Source: Histomonas meleagridis 2922-C6/04-290x (taxonomy: Eukaryota > Protista > Parabasalia). Taken from it: 64,000 nucleotides of DNA. The notes under the pieces are model-generated. The model did no database searches and was not told the origin of the DNA. It saw nothing but the letters and a program-made list of their open reading frames with translations. Positions within the stretch are counted from its first letter, which is position 1. Every line of letters starts with the position of its first letter. Shown here piece by piece: positions 31,469-42,934 of the stretch. The stretch spans positions 110,527-174,526 of the forward strand of contig JAANOX010000179.1 of NCBI GenBank assembly GCA_020184695.1, in the 5' to 3' direction. Both the position numbers and the translations under genes were made by a program.

Positions 31469-33022
31469 TTATTCTTTAAACACTTTTTGTAATGGGTATA
31501 TCGACGAAGTATCCCATTCTGATATTAAATATTCAACAAATGCATTTGTAATTGTTGAAACTTTCACTATATCAGTTTGTTCATCCAATGATGCAATAAT
31601 ATTTGGTCCAAACACGATTGCTAAGTTTGCCTTATCCATTTTAGTTACATCTGCATGTCGTTGCTGTTTTTGCAAGAAGCCTATTAAGTACATTAATACA
31701 TTTCTACTTATTTTATCTAAGTCATAAACAATTTCCATATATTGATCCTTGTTACCTTGCATCAATTTCTTTGTAAGTGTAATAGGAATAATAGAGCCAG
31801 AAATATTTCTTATCCATTTTTTAAATAATGAGGATAAATCATGAATTTGGATTTCTTCAAGGAAATCATAATTTCCTTCGTCTGCTTTAATAACAAAGTT
31901 ATCTAAATTAGTTAAGCAACCAGAAAGACGAAATATTCCTTGCGTATGTAAGCTGCCTTTTTTAATCATTGCTTCAATCATTTTATACATAAAGATTGGA
32001 ATTGGATATTTTGAATGTTTTTGATGTTGATTCCACATTATTTCATGTAAGCAAACATGAAATTGTTTATTTGATACACTTATATCAGCTAAAACATTTC
32101 GAGGAGAAAAAGCAATTTTTTGATCAGAAAAAAATGTAGAAGTTGATCGAACATAAATAAAATATGCAAGTTTCTTGATATCTCTTGTAATTGCATTAAA
32201 AAAGATACGAGCTATATGTCCTCTAATATATGGGAAAAAATTATTAGAAGGAACAAAATTAGATACCAAAAATAAAAATAATTCTAATGTTTTTTGGAAT
32301 GAATCATTTTGTTTCTTAGTATTTGTTTGTTTAAGAAGATATAAATATGCTTCATCAATAAGAATAGGATCTTGTGAAACCAGAGCTATAAAAGAAATTG
32401 ATGTTCCTTCAACTTTCTTAGAAGTTCTTACCCCAGAATATTTGAGAACAGTTTTGAATATCTCCAACGCAGTTTTTGTATGAGCTTTATCAATTTTGAG
32501 AAACGGATTTTGAATTGGTTTATCTTGGAAAACAAATGGTTGTGATGATTTTCGACTTTTCTTTGTTTCAACAACTTCATCAAAAAGAAATTCGATTTCT
32601 TTGTTAATAGCGTCGGTATCTAATGAACGTGGATAATAAAGAGGTTTTCCATTATCCATGCAATATGTTTGGATCAGGACTTTTTCATTCATTTCTGGTA
32701 TAGCAGTAGCATTATTGTTTTTAATTGTTTTAGAACGTGTTGATTTTTTAGAATCATTTGGAGGAATAAGCTCTGCTTTAGTGGTGGGACTTTGAGAATG
32801 TTTGGTTTTATTATCTTTATTAAATTTCTGTCTCTGACTAAAAGCTGTACCGTTTCGCCTTCTTGTTTGATTTACTTGTTGAGTAACATATTTCTGAGTT
32901 TCTGGATCAATAACAACACAACCAACGGGAAAATCCCATGTTCTTTCATGTGTTCTTGCATTATAATAATATGGTTCTCCATTATGTTTATATAAGTAGT
33001 ATACAGTGCATGTCTCATCCAT
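31469..33022 (-). CDS. WW + MyTH4 + RhoGAP protein (ARHGAP39-like architecture)
   Basis: YYYNARTHERTWDFP (WW), DEAYLYLLKQT (MyTH4), GIFRLSG (arginine finger) and NLAIVFGPNI. First ATG at 33022. Confidence 0.88.
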   Translation of the reverse strand: MDETCTVYYLYKHNGEPYYYNARTHERTWDFPVGCVVIDPETQKYVTQQVNQTRRRNGTAFSQRQKFNKDNKTKHSQSPTTKAELIPPNDSKKSTRSKTIKNNNATAIPEMNEKVLIQTYCMDNGKPLYYPRSLDTDAINKEIEFLFDEVVETKKSRKSSQPFVFQDKPIQNPFLKIDKAHTKTALEIFKTVLKYSGVRTSKKVEGTSISFIALVSQDPILIDEAYLYLLKQTNTKKQNDSFQKTLELFLFLVSNFVPSNNFFPYIRGHIARIFFNAITRDIKKLAYFIYVRSTSTFFSDQKIAFSPRNVLADISVSNKQFHVCLHEIMWNQHQKHSKYPIPIFMYKMIEAMIKKGSLHTQGIFRLSGCLTNLDNFVIKADEGNYDFLEEIQIHDLSSLFKKWIRNISGSIIPITLTKKLMQGNKDQYMEIVYDLDKISRNVLMYLIGFLQKQQRHADVTKMDKANLAIVFGPNIIASLDEQTDIVKVSTITNAFVEYLISEWDTSSIYPLQKVFKE

Positions 33023-33227
33023 GAATATTAAATATGGTTTTGGATAGTTTACTGAAAAAAAGCTTTTGGAATTATTTTCAAGAAAAGCTTTTTCAAAACC
33101 AACCACTCAAAAAAAGACCAAACGAGAAATTTTTGAATTTGGTTCCACAAATTTTACCGGTTTTATACCGAATGTTATCATATCAAAAATTATAAAATTA
33201 TTACTTGAGAAATAAAGTTAACTTTGA

Positions 33228-35282
33228 ATGGATCGTTTGGCAAGAAAAACCAAAATTTGGGGCACACCATTTGACACTTTTGGAAATTCGTTATTAAAAA
33301 TGGAAGAAGAAAATAAAACACCAGAAGATGAAAATATAAATGAAGCACCACCTAATGAAGCTGAAGAAGAAACTGAAGAAAATCAAGAAAATGATGATAA
33401 ACCTGAAAATCCATTTGGATTTAATTTTTCTTCATCAGTTACACAATGTTTTGCAAAAGCACCAGTAGTCGATGGGAAGATCATATTTTTTAGTGGAAAT
33501 GAATATGAAGGCGAAATGCAAAATGGGATAATACATGGAAATGGAACATACAAATGGGCAGATCTTGGCATTACATATACAGGTACTTTTAATTGGGGTG
33601 ATTTTACAGGAAAAGGAAAAATTACATTTAATGATGGATCATCATATGAAGGTGAAATTGTCAATGGTGTTCGTAATGGCACAGGAACATATCGTAAAAA
33701 TGGTGAACATCCATTTGTTTATACAGGAGAATGGTTAAATGGTAAATTCCATGGAAAAGGCATTTGTTATTTTGGCGAAGAAGGCTGCCATCATCGTTAT
33801 GAAGGAGAATTTGTTAGTGGTGAACGTGAAGGTCATGGAATTATGTATTATCCCAACGGCAATATTTATGATGGAGAATGGCATCATGGTAAACGTCATG
33901 GTGAAGGCAAATTTACATGGAGTAACAATGGTTCATATTACATAGGTCATTTTGAAGAGGGCGAAATCTGTGGAGAAGGTGAATTAGTATATGCATTTTC
34001 ATCTCAATCACCATCTGTTCAATTTGTTCAATCGAATCGATACCTTGGAACATTTTCTCATTCGCTTCGGAATGGGTTTGGCTCATTTTATTATGCCAAT
34101 GGCGCCGTTTATAAAGGCGAATGGAAAGATAACAAAAAAAATGGAAAAGGAATTTTTACTTCGCGCGATGGCAGAGTATATAACAATGAATTTCGTGATG
34201 GTTCCATCTATGAAAACGGTAAGTTATATGCACCCACACCATCGATCTCATTAAATTTTTCACTGGATGGACTTTTGACTTCATCTGAATCATATGATGA
34301 AGTTATGAGTTCATTATGTAATGTTTATATCCGTTTTTTACCGAAACTTCGTTCGTTATATCAAAAATATTCGAAAATCCAATGGGCTGATGACAAAAAG
34401 ATCACGGCACTTCGGATGATTGGAATGTGGCGATTTCTTCAAGAAAAAGGCACAATATTAAGCGACGAGTTTCGTTTGAATGATTCCGATAATATCATCA
34501 AATGGAATCTTGAGAAACCGACTTTAAACACATTAACTTTTTTGTATAAGAATTCGTTGTTAAATGGATTATGTAATCATCCATTTAAGTTCGAACCTGA
34601 TCCATTTGCGACTTTGTTTTTGTATCAATTGTTCGAATCTTTTGTACATCTTGCGCATTATATAATGAAAGATAAGTTTATGGATTCATTAGTTTTACAA
34701 GTCACGAGATTTCTTGAAAATAATATTTTTGTCGATGATATCGAACCTAAAAACAAATATGGAATTTTTAGGAAATTGATTTCGAATGAAATATTCGATA
34801 ATATAATAACAAAATATTCCGAAAAATTGATATTTTTATATGTGTCTTTTTCTGGTTTTAATTCGGGGTGTAGTATAATACAAATGAATAACTTGGAAAA
34901 TGCAATTGAAATTGATGCAAATGTCGATGTAAATATTACCAATTATTGTGGCTTAATGAATGTAAGAGATTTGATTTTGTTTTTGAGTGAAAAAGGTTTT
35001 CTTCAAGATGAAGAGAAATTAAATGTAATGAACATTTTGTTGTTCTTGAAATTTTCCAGTATAACAAAAGAAATTGATGAAAATGAAATTAATGAGTTTA
35101 AAAAATTCTTTACTTCGTTTTTGGATTCTAAAATTGTTTATGTTGAATTTGTCCAAACATTAATTTATGTTGCCTATAAATTAATGAAAAATCGAAATGA
35201 TTGGAAATTAGAAGAAAAATTCCAATATTTATTGGATAATATTGATAATTGTTGGGAAAACCCAATTGCTAATGAAAAATAA
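33228..35282 (+). CDS. MORN-repeat protein, RSPH10B-like
   Basis: About 10 YxGxWxxGxxHGxG repeats, then LRSLYQKYS...MWRFLQE. True start may be ATG 33300. Confidence 0.85.
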   Translation: MDRLARKTKIWGTPFDTFGNSLLKMEEENKTPEDENINEAPPNEAEEETEENQENDDKPENPFGFNFSSSVTQCFAKAPVVDGKIIFFSGNEYEGEMQNGIIHGNGTYKWADLGITYTGTFNWGDFTGKGKITFNDGSSYEGEIVNGVRNGTGTYRKNGEHPFVYTGEWLNGKFHGKGICYFGEEGCHHRYEGEFVSGEREGHGIMYYPNGNIYDGEWHHGKRHGEGKFTWSNNGSYYIGHFEEGEICGEGELVYAFSSQSPSVQFVQSNRYLGTFSHSLRNGFGSFYYANGAVYKGEWKDNKKNGKGIFTSRDGRVYNNEFRDGSIYENGKLYAPTPSISLNFSLDGLLTSSESYDEVMSSLCNVYIRFLPKLRSLYQKYSKIQWADDKKITALRMIGMWRFLQEKGTILSDEFRLNDSDNIIKWNLEKPTLNTLTFLYKNSLLNGLCNHPFKFEPDPFATLFLYQLFESFVHLAHYIMKDKFMDSLVLQVTRFLENNIFVDDIEPKNKYGIFRKLISNEIFDNIITKYSEKLIFLYVSFSGFNSGCSIIQMNNLENAIEIDANVDVNITNYCGLMNVRDLILFLSEKGFLQDEEKLNVMNILLFLKFSSITKEIDENEINEFKKFFTSFLDSKIVYVEFVQTLIYVAYKLMKNRNDWKLEEKFQYLLDNIDNCWENPIANEK

Positions 35283-35468
35283 ATGTATTTAATAAATATT
35301 TAAAAAATTCGAATTTTTTTATTTTAATTTATTTATGAAGGTTTATTTTATTAATTTGAATGTAACTTCAAGTGATATGCCGTTTTGGTTTTTTTAGAAT
35401 TTTTTTAGTCTTTTTTGAATTGATAAAATCAACAAACTACAAAATTATATGGATTCAAAAAAATTTCG

Positions 35469-36179
35469 ATGTCGATTGGAAAAACCCTTGCTTTTAAACT
35501 TGATTCTTTATTGATATTATTGAAGATATCATTCGGACTAATTATAGTTTCAATCATACTGGGTGGCTTCTTAAATTCATTTTGGTTAAGCAAACTTTAT
35601 CATAAATTTTGGTCTTCTTTAAAAGAATTAAATCATTTAAAAATCATAGTGATCTTTTTGCCAATCCTTTCCTTTTTATCCATTATTTTTGTGTTTATAC
35701 TTATGATAATTTTATATATTTTTAGAAATGCATTGCCTTTTCATTTTATACTAATGTTTCTTTCATTTTCATCTTTATTTAGTTTTTTCATATTAATCAT
35801 AATTTCAATAAAATTATCAAGTTCAAAATATCAAGAAATATACATAAATTCATTTATAATTTTGATTCAACATGATAAAAAATTATTTCAAGAATGGATA
35901 AAAGAATATAAATGTGATTCTCTTCAAACATGTGAATCAAGTATTAGAAAATTTACTAAACAAACAATTCAAATCGGATTTATTTCAAACATAATAATTG
36001 TTCTTTTTTATTGTATGGGAATATTTATTTTAATAATTGATTTAATTCTTATGTTCTTAATCAAACCAGTTGATCGAAACACTGAAATTGACCAAGAAAA
36101 TAACATAAACAATAAAGCAAACGATGAAACTAATGAAATTAATTACAACAAACAAACATTTAATGGTTTTATTCTTTAA
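35469..36179 (+). CDS. Four-TM, tetraspanin-like membrane protein
   Basis: Three N-terminal hydrophobic helices, a loop with two Cys (YKCDSLQTC), and a fourth helix. Confidence 0.6.
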   Translation: MSIGKTLAFKLDSLLILLKISFGLIIVSIILGGFLNSFWLSKLYHKFWSSLKELNHLKIIVIFLPILSFLSIIFVFILMIILYIFRNALPFHFILMFLSFSSLFSFFILIIISIKLSSSKYQEIYINSFIILIQHDKKLFQEWIKEYKCDSLQTCESSIRKFTKQTIQIGFISNIIIVLFYCMGIFILIIDLILMFLIKPVDRNTEIDQENNINNKANDETNEINYNKQTFNGFIL

Positions 36180-36289
36180 ATATTTCCCATAAAAAATAAA
36201 CAAAACCCCATGATTTTTACCTAAAAATATATTTTGCTACAAAAGCCCCGAAAAAACTATGACCATACCATTGCATTTTGATCATTGAC

Positions 36290-37684
36290 TTAGAAGAATG
36301 ATTCATCGAATTTAACTTCAAGATTTTCGTTCATCATTACATTATAATGCAAAAGTGTGTCAACAACAAAACTACACCATTCTGGTGATTCCATGTATGG
36401 CGTGACAACTTTGTTTTCCTCAGGATTGGTAATGTATTGAGCAAGCCGTAGAACGCCTCCATGTGTAATTCTGATATCTTCATCATCAAAAACATCAGAA
36501 TCATTTATCAATATAGAAGGAGTTGGAATAAAGTCAATAATCTTTTTAAGTATTATGTCATCATCAAATGTGAAAAAGTCCATTTTTTCTTCATCTGTCA
36601 TTTTTTCAACGGTTTCGATAAATTTCTGTGAATAATGATCGTTAACCGGCGGGTTTGTAAAGAAAAGTGGATAAATTTGTTTGATGAATCTTTTTCCAAA
36701 AATATCAGAAGCATAAATGAAAAACTTCTCTTTTTGTGGATCATCACTGTGTTTTACATCTGAAAAATATTTGTCGAAGTAATCATCGAGAATAGATGAT
36801 TCAAGACTCGCTGATACTATTGAAAGAATTTCAAATGTTTGAGATAAAACAAGCTCATAACTTCGGAGAGAACGTGGAATTTTGAATAGCTTGTCCAATA
36901 TTCGAGGATCTTGGAATTTTCCGATTAATGCTTTATCTTCATCGAAACTATGTAGAATTGCAGATAAATACATGTGAACACGCATCATGTGATATTCAGA
37001 TTGAAGCTTTTTTTTCGTTTTCTTTTCCTTTTTAATCATTGTCTTCTTTCCTTTGATGAATGGAATCTTTTTCTTTAATTCGCCAATGAGTGAGAGGAAT
37101 AATGAAGTTGGGTCACCGTTTGAAAATTGTTCAAGGTAACGAGTTGCAAGAATGACAAAAAGTTGGAGATAACTTCCAATATATATACGTTTGAATATTA
37201 TTTCATAAAATGGCCTATGAAGACCTTCAAAATATTTGATGAAATTTCCATCTGTGTACCGCATTGAAGATTCAAACATACGTTGAAAATGGCCTGAATA
37301 TTCATATTTTTTGGACCATTTTGTTTTTAAGAAATCTCTCATATACTGAACATAAGGCGAGTTATCGTAGATGATTCGCTTTTGGAAAGCTGCTGATGGA
37401 GCTGATAAGAAATTACATGCATTTCGATTATAACGATAATCTAATGGGCTTTTGTTATGATGCCCAGTTAGTGCCCAACTTGTTAACACATGAAGCCTTT
37501 TTTCTTTGGTTTTCTTCTCAGGATCGTTTTCGTCAGTTGGAGAGAAAAAATCAATTAATTCAGGTGATTCATTTAGAATTGATGGGGCCAAGTCGGTATT
37601 GCCTAGGACTTCCTTGACTGAAGGCTTTTTATTAGGGTTTGTCAATAATGTTGTTAAAGAGTTGGAAACACTGCTCTGCCTCAT
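36290..37684 (-). CDS. Uncharacterised helical protein, possibly SAPS/PP6R-like
   Basis: 464-aa ORF. N-terminal SVKEVL...ESPELIDFF and RNACNFLS loosely resemble the SAPS N-terminus. Confidence 0.6.
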   Translation of the reverse strand: MRQSSVSNSLTTLLTNPNKKPSVKEVLGNTDLAPSILNESPELIDFFSPTDENDPEKKTKEKRLHVLTSWALTGHHNKSPLDYRYNRNACNFLSAPSAAFQKRIIYDNSPYVQYMRDFLKTKWSKKYEYSGHFQRMFESSMRYTDGNFIKYFEGLHRPFYEIIFKRIYIGSYLQLFVILATRYLEQFSNGDPTSLFLSLIGELKKKIPFIKGKKTMIKKEKKTKKKLQSEYHMMRVHMYLSAILHSFDEDKALIGKFQDPRILDKLFKIPRSLRSYELVLSQTFEILSIVSASLESSILDDYFDKYFSDVKHSDDPQKEKFFIYASDIFGKRFIKQIYPLFFTNPPVNDHYSQKFIETVEKMTDEEKMDFFTFDDDIILKKIIDFIPTPSILINDSDVFDDEDIRITHGGVLRLAQYITNPEENKVVTPYMESPEWCSFVVDTLLHYNVMMNENLEVKFDESFF

Positions 37685-38468
37685 TTGATTGTTTGAATCG
37701 ACTCACACAATTCTTCAGAAAAGTAAAAAATAATTCGAAACATTATTTTTGTCGTTTAAATTTAAATCTTTTCATTTCCGCGCAAAAAAAAAATTAAAGT
37801 TTTTTTGGGTAATGGTTTTCCTTTATAGTTATAAAAGTTAAATACATGATTTTATTTTAATTTATTGTGCTTGTTTTTTTAATTCATGTTTTAAATCATT
37901 TTTTCGTTTTTATAGTTTGGAATCGAAGTAATAAATGTTTGTGCAAAGACATTGCCACTTTTTGATTTTCGTTCGGTTTTGCCTGTAAAATTTAAATAAA
38001 CGCATATAAACGTTTTTTATCTCCAAAAATAATTTCTAAAAAAAATCTTGATTGCAAAACCTAGTTGCAATATTACTTTTTAAGCACTTGTGTTACTTTG
38101 CAGTGGATAGTGAAATTTTTTTTCACAATCAAATTATTGAAAAATTATGTTTTTTTAGATCAAAGTTCAAACCCTGATATTTGATCTAACCAGATGGAGA
38201 TACAATAAGTTTTAATAAAGCAAGTTCCCAATCTTTTTTGTTATTATAACATCAAACAGAAAATATTCCATAATTAGAGAAAAACTGTAAGAACTATTAA
38301 AGTTGTAAAAAAATTATACACAATTCATTATTCAACATTTTCCATAAAAACTCTTTAACTTAGATTTAATTAATTATTCCTGAGGCATTCATGTTGATTA
38401 ACATTTTTTTCCCACAAATTATAAAAAATGAAACAAAAGGATTTGTATATGGAAGTTTAAAAAAATTA

Positions 38469-38990
38469 TTATTGTCTGTGTGATTTGAATATTATTTTTG
38501 GAGCGAGATTTCCTATTTCAAGACTTTCTAATATGTTTGCTTTTACATCTTCCGGATTATCTATGTTTCTTTTTGTCCAAATTTCAACTCCATATTGATC
38601 ATCAACTTTGGGTCCGACAATGATTCCACATAAATTATTTGTTCCAACAATTTTTTGCAAATCACCGCCAACGGCAAGAAGCATTAAGTCATACCAAACC
38701 TTATCTACATTTTGTGAACTAACCAAAAAACATATAGATTGTCCATCTGCATTATTTTCATCTTCCCAAGCTGGTTTAATTGATTTTTTGAAAAGAGCTA
38801 TTGATGCCTTTTTATAGTTAGCACATTTAATCTCTGCGATTTTTGGCATTTCTTTATAATAATTATAAAAATTTTCTACAGAATTCACTGTAACAATCTC
38901 TTCTATTTGGTATTGCTGTTGTTGCTTTGGCGCATAGTTAAAAATTACAAGCCAGAATGTCCAATTGTCTTGGAAAATGTGTTGGGTCAT
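38469..38990 (-). CDS. eIF4E: eIF4E-family cap-binding protein
   Basis: DNWTFW, SVENF, LFKKSIKPAWED, VWYDLMLLAVG and VEIW. First ATG at 38990. Confidence 0.9.
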   Translation of the reverse strand: MTQHIFQDNWTFWLVIFNYAPKQQQQYQIEEIVTVNSVENFYNYYKEMPKIAEIKCANYKKASIALFKKSIKPAWEDENNADGQSICFLVSSQNVDKVWYDLMLLAVGGDLQKIVGTNNLCGIIVGPKVDDQYGVEIWTKRNIDNPEDVKANILESLEIGNLAPKIIFKSHRQ

Positions 38991-39164
38991 TTGAAGGAAT
39001 TTAACAGAGTCTGTTTCGTCTTGAGGTTTACAAAAAGTTAAAAATTTTTGAATTTTTTTTGATCGTTTCTCATCCAATAACAAAACCACCTAATATACAT
39101 GTATATTATAAAAAACAAATATTAATATTTCCAATACATTTTTATAACATTTGAAAAAAAAGAA

Positions 39165-39638
39165 TTATCTTCTTAGGTTATTTGGATGTTCCTCACAAAT
39201 CTTGCGGAACTCTTCATTTGATTTCCGATAGCTATGCGCTTTATCACAAAGGTCTTTTGGTGTTCTTCCATTTTCACGAAAGACTTGAAATTCTGAGCAT
39301 ATTTTTGTCCATGCTCCAAACCCATATTTTTCAACTCCTTTTTTAAGACCATCAATTTCCTTTTCGTTCCAAAGGATGGGAACTCTTTTGCCTGCTAGAA
39401 TTTCACGCTTTGTTGAATTTTGACTTTCTTTTGCAGATTTTCCAGGAAGTTTTACACTTAGTTCCTTGACTTGATCTTCAAGTTTCTTTTGAATTATTTT
39501 GGATTCTTTTGTTGAAAAATCATCTTCTTCTCTATTACCCCATGAATAACCAACAATATAAGCATATGCCTCGCATACATCTTTGTACTGAACTTTTTTA
39601 ACCTCTAAGCTTTCGATAAAAGAATAGACGTCTTCCAT
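39165..39638 (-). CDS. Single-repeat Myb protein of telobox/TRF-like type
   Basis: WNEKEIDGLKKGVEKYGFGAWTKI...RTPKDLCDK. Confidence 0.75.
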   Translation of the reverse strand: MEDVYSFIESLEVKKVQYKDVCEAYAYIVGYSWGNREEDDFSTKESKIIQKKLEDQVKELSVKLPGKSAKESQNSTKREILAGKRVPILWNEKEIDGLKKGVEKYGFGAWTKICSEFQVFRENGRTPKDLCDKAHSYRKSNEEFRKICEEHPNNLRR

Positions 39639-39725
39639 TTCTGGACCGCTCCGGATATCTTAACGTACTTCTTACATCATGATTCTATAGTTTATAAAAA
39701 GTATTATTTTAAACGTGCAATTTGG

Positions 39726-42035
39726 ATGAATGAATTTGCAGCAAAGATTCAAGCAATTATTCATCCAAACTCACAACAAGAATATGAAGAAGCCACTAAA
39801 GCTTTAGTTTTTTGCAGAGAACAAAATCTACAATTTTTTCTTGAATTGATTTTTTCATCTTTTGATTTTTTTCATCATGAATCGATTCAAGTTGACATGC
39901 TACTTTTAATACTAGCTTGTCAATCAATTAGAGTTTCTAACATTCAAATTATTCAAGAATTATCAAATTTTAATGTAATTTTTATTCAACAAATGCTTAA
40001 TCAATCAGTATTTTTCTTTTTTTCAAACAATCAATCATTACAATCCAATTCTGCGGCAATATTTTCTCATTTGTTATGTATTGACAATCGTTTAAATAAC
40101 AAATTCTCGATCATTTCTGCCTTTCTCACTCTTTTACAAAATCATTTAGTTGAAACCATATACCCAATTTCGCTTGTTATTCGAGATTTCTATGAAATTT
40201 GTCATATAGATGAGAGTATCACATCACAAATTTATATTTTAATTTCACAACTTTTCGAATTTCCAATCGGAGCTATACATTTACACGTTATACTTATCCT
40301 AAGTACTATAATTGGTTCAATTGCGTTCATAATAAATGATCAAAAAGAGTTTGAAAGAATCATTTCATATCTGTTAAAGTGTTTACAATGCAAAGAAATT
40401 CAATCAGAAGCATTGAGTTGTCTTTCTTTGATTGTAGAACAATATTATCCACGAATTGAAGCAATAATTCCTCTGATTGTTTCACCTCAATTATTGACCA
40501 TTGTTAATAATGAATCAAGTGAAGAATTACTTATTACATTTTGTGAATTTTGGAATACAATTGCGCAATATGAAAATGAATGCGAACAATCGTTTAATAT
40601 AATTGACAATATATGCATTAACTTAATTCCTGTTTTATTCGAAATAGCTTCTTCATCAAAAAAGCTGAAAAGTGATGATAGTGATGAATATTCTCCACAG
40701 ACAATGGCAACTATTGCTCTTAAAAATGTAATTCTTAAATGCCCTTGGAAATGTCAAGAACTTCTTGAATCACTCATTGGGAGCTTTTGTAATTCACCTG
40801 AAGGTGGGAAAAGAGAAGCATCATTATCACTTGCATCTTTTTTAATCTCGTTTTACCAACTCCCAAATGAAAAACTCGCAGCGGTTTTAGGGGTGGCCGA
40901 TAGGGGACTTATGGACCCATTTCCAAGGGTGCGCCAAAATGCCGTTTATCTTGTGGACAGCATTGCCGATAGGATAGGCTTAGATGAAAGAGTTTTACAC
41001 CTCATCCAAATAGTATTATCCAAACTCGGAAATGACCCAGAAATAGCCGAAGATGTTATAAGGGTTGTAGGAAACTTCTTTTCATTGGAATTATTTCCTT
41101 ATTCAGAACCTTCTATTTCCAGTCTTTTGAACATTGCAATTAACTCGGACATGTTCATTGCAACCATAACTTTCTCATCACTTTCTCAAGCAGCTTGTAT
41201 TGATAATGATTTAATACTTCAAAAATTTCTTGAACAACTTATACAAATTTTATCAACATGCGAATTAAATGAATGGATGCTAAGTCAATTCTCACATTTA
41301 GTTGCTCAAGTGTTATATAAGTTAAATGGGAAAATTCATTTACAATTCGAAATGCTTTGTCAGTTTTTTATGGTGAAATTCGGTTTTCACTTGGCGGTTT
41401 TGCCGATAGCCGCTCTGATGCGAAGTTGTCCAAATATCGAATTTCTCCCACAAGTAATTGAGCTTATATTAAAGGGAATGCATACAGAACATTTTGCAGA
41501 TTCAAGTGAAGGCATTAAAATCATCGCACCACTGTATGATTTAACCCCATTTTCTTCTTTATTACTTGAATCACTTAGGAACATTTTGGTTAAAACAGAT
41601 ATTCCTATTTCGTATAAACAATACACGATTGAAGCCTTGGAATTAATTCTAAGGTTAATTCCATCTGCTTTTGATTTCTTTAATCAAAATATGATCGGAT
41701 GTTTAACTATTATCGAACAATCGTTATATGATTGGGAAGAATTTGATGTGATTGCATCGTATTTAAGATTACTTAATAGATGTATTCCATCAAATCCGAA
41801 TTTTATTTGTTCTTTGATGTTTAATGTTTTGAAATTGGTTTCGCTTTGCCAATGCATTAACAATTATTTGTTTGAAGAAATTTTAAATTCGATCGAATCT
41901 TTGTATAAAATTTTTCCAAATGAGCTGAAAACGTTTTTGGATAATAATAAGTCATTCCAAAATGTTTTGAGTATCGGAATGCACTTGGATGACATCGATT
42001 GCGCTAAAGTGGAATTCGTTTTGAATTTATTGTGA
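39726..42035 (+). CDS. HEAT-repeat protein, importin-beta-like
   Basis: 769-aa all-helical ORF with FCEFWNTIAQYE, KREASL and DPFPRVRQNAVY motifs. Confidence 0.65.
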   Translation: MNEFAAKIQAIIHPNSQQEYEEATKALVFCREQNLQFFLELIFSSFDFFHHESIQVDMLLLILACQSIRVSNIQIIQELSNFNVIFIQQMLNQSVFFFFSNNQSLQSNSAAIFSHLLCIDNRLNNKFSIISAFLTLLQNHLVETIYPISLVIRDFYEICHIDESITSQIYILISQLFEFPIGAIHLHVILILSTIIGSIAFIINDQKEFERIISYLLKCLQCKEIQSEALSCLSLIVEQYYPRIEAIIPLIVSPQLLTIVNNESSEELLITFCEFWNTIAQYENECEQSFNIIDNICINLIPVLFEIASSSKKLKSDDSDEYSPQTMATIALKNVILKCPWKCQELLESLIGSFCNSPEGGKREASLSLASFLISFYQLPNEKLAAVLGVADRGLMDPFPRVRQNAVYLVDSIADRIGLDERVLHLIQIVLSKLGNDPEIAEDVIRVVGNFFSLELFPYSEPSISSLLNIAINSDMFIATITFSSLSQAACIDNDLILQKFLEQLIQILSTCELNEWMLSQFSHLVAQVLYKLNGKIHLQFEMLCQFFMVKFGFHLAVLPIAALMRSCPNIEFLPQVIELILKGMHTEHFADSSEGIKIIAPLYDLTPFSSLLLESLRNILVKTDIPISYKQYTIEALELILRLIPSAFDFFNQNMIGCLTIIEQSLYDWEEFDVIASYLRLLNRCIPSNPNFICSLMFNVLKLVSLCQCINNYLFEEILNSIESLYKIFPNELKTFLDNNKSFQNVLSIGMHLDDIDCAKVEFVLNLL

Positions 42036-42361
42036 ATTTGTTTTTATATATAAATAAAAAATTAATATTTTCAACGTTTTGTTTTAAATTTTATCATTAT
42101 AAATACCGATCATGAAAATAAATCAATGCAAAAAATAGAGCATTGCAAAGTGGTGATAGCCCCTAAATTAAATATCTATTAAATAATAAATAATCTTCTG
42201 TTGACTTAACAAGTGTTAAAAAATTATCATCCTCTGACGATAAGATGTTTTGAAAGGTATACATACCTTATCGTCTCGAACGAACACTGTGAAAAAGTAA
42301 AATTCTGAAGCATTCAAAATTTTGTCCGTTTGGAGCACTTCAAAAATCCTGTCCTTCATTG

Positions 42362-42934
42362 ATGAAGAAAGAAATCAACATAAATATCTCAATGATTGGT
42401 GACGCATGCGTTGGGAAAACAACAATTGCAGGTGTACTTCTTAACAAAAAATTTTCAAATGATTATGAACCAACAATTGGAGGTTCACTAGTAAGTATTC
42501 CTTTTACAGATAATGAAACCAAAAAGTGCTTTTATATATGGGATACAGCTGGAATGGAAAAATACCGTTCTTTAGCACCGGTTTATTATCGGGATTCTCT
42601 TGCTGCAATAATTATATTCGATATAAGTTCGCGACTATCTTTTGATCACCTTGAAGATTGGATTACTCATTATCGTGATAATACCAAAAAAAACATGCCA
42701 ATCTTGATTATTGGAAACAAAATCGATCTTGAGGCAAAAGTAGACACCAAAGAAGCAAGTGACTTTGCGTCTTCGCACAAGTGTGAGTTTCTAGAGGTTT
42801 CTGCAAAAACAGGAAAAAACATTGATAAAATCATTCCAATGATAAATGATCTAATCAAAAGCGAAAAAATTGATGATGAAATACCTTATTGCCCACCTAT
42901 TGATACCAAAAAAGAAGAGAGCTCATGCTGTTAA
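42362..42934 (+). CDS. Rab-family small GTPase
   Basis: GDACVGKT, WDTAGMEKYRSL, GNKID, EVSAK and C-terminal CC. Inr-like TCATT at 42356-42360. Confidence 0.92.
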   Translation: MKKEININISMIGDACVGKTTIAGVLLNKKFSNDYEPTIGGSLVSIPFTDNETKKCFYIWDTAGMEKYRSLAPVYYRDSLAAIIIFDISSRLSFDHLEDWITHYRDNTKKNMPILIIGNKIDLEAKVDTKEASDFASSHKCEFLEVSAKTGKNIDKIIPMINDLIKSEKIDDEIPYCPPIDTKKEESSCC

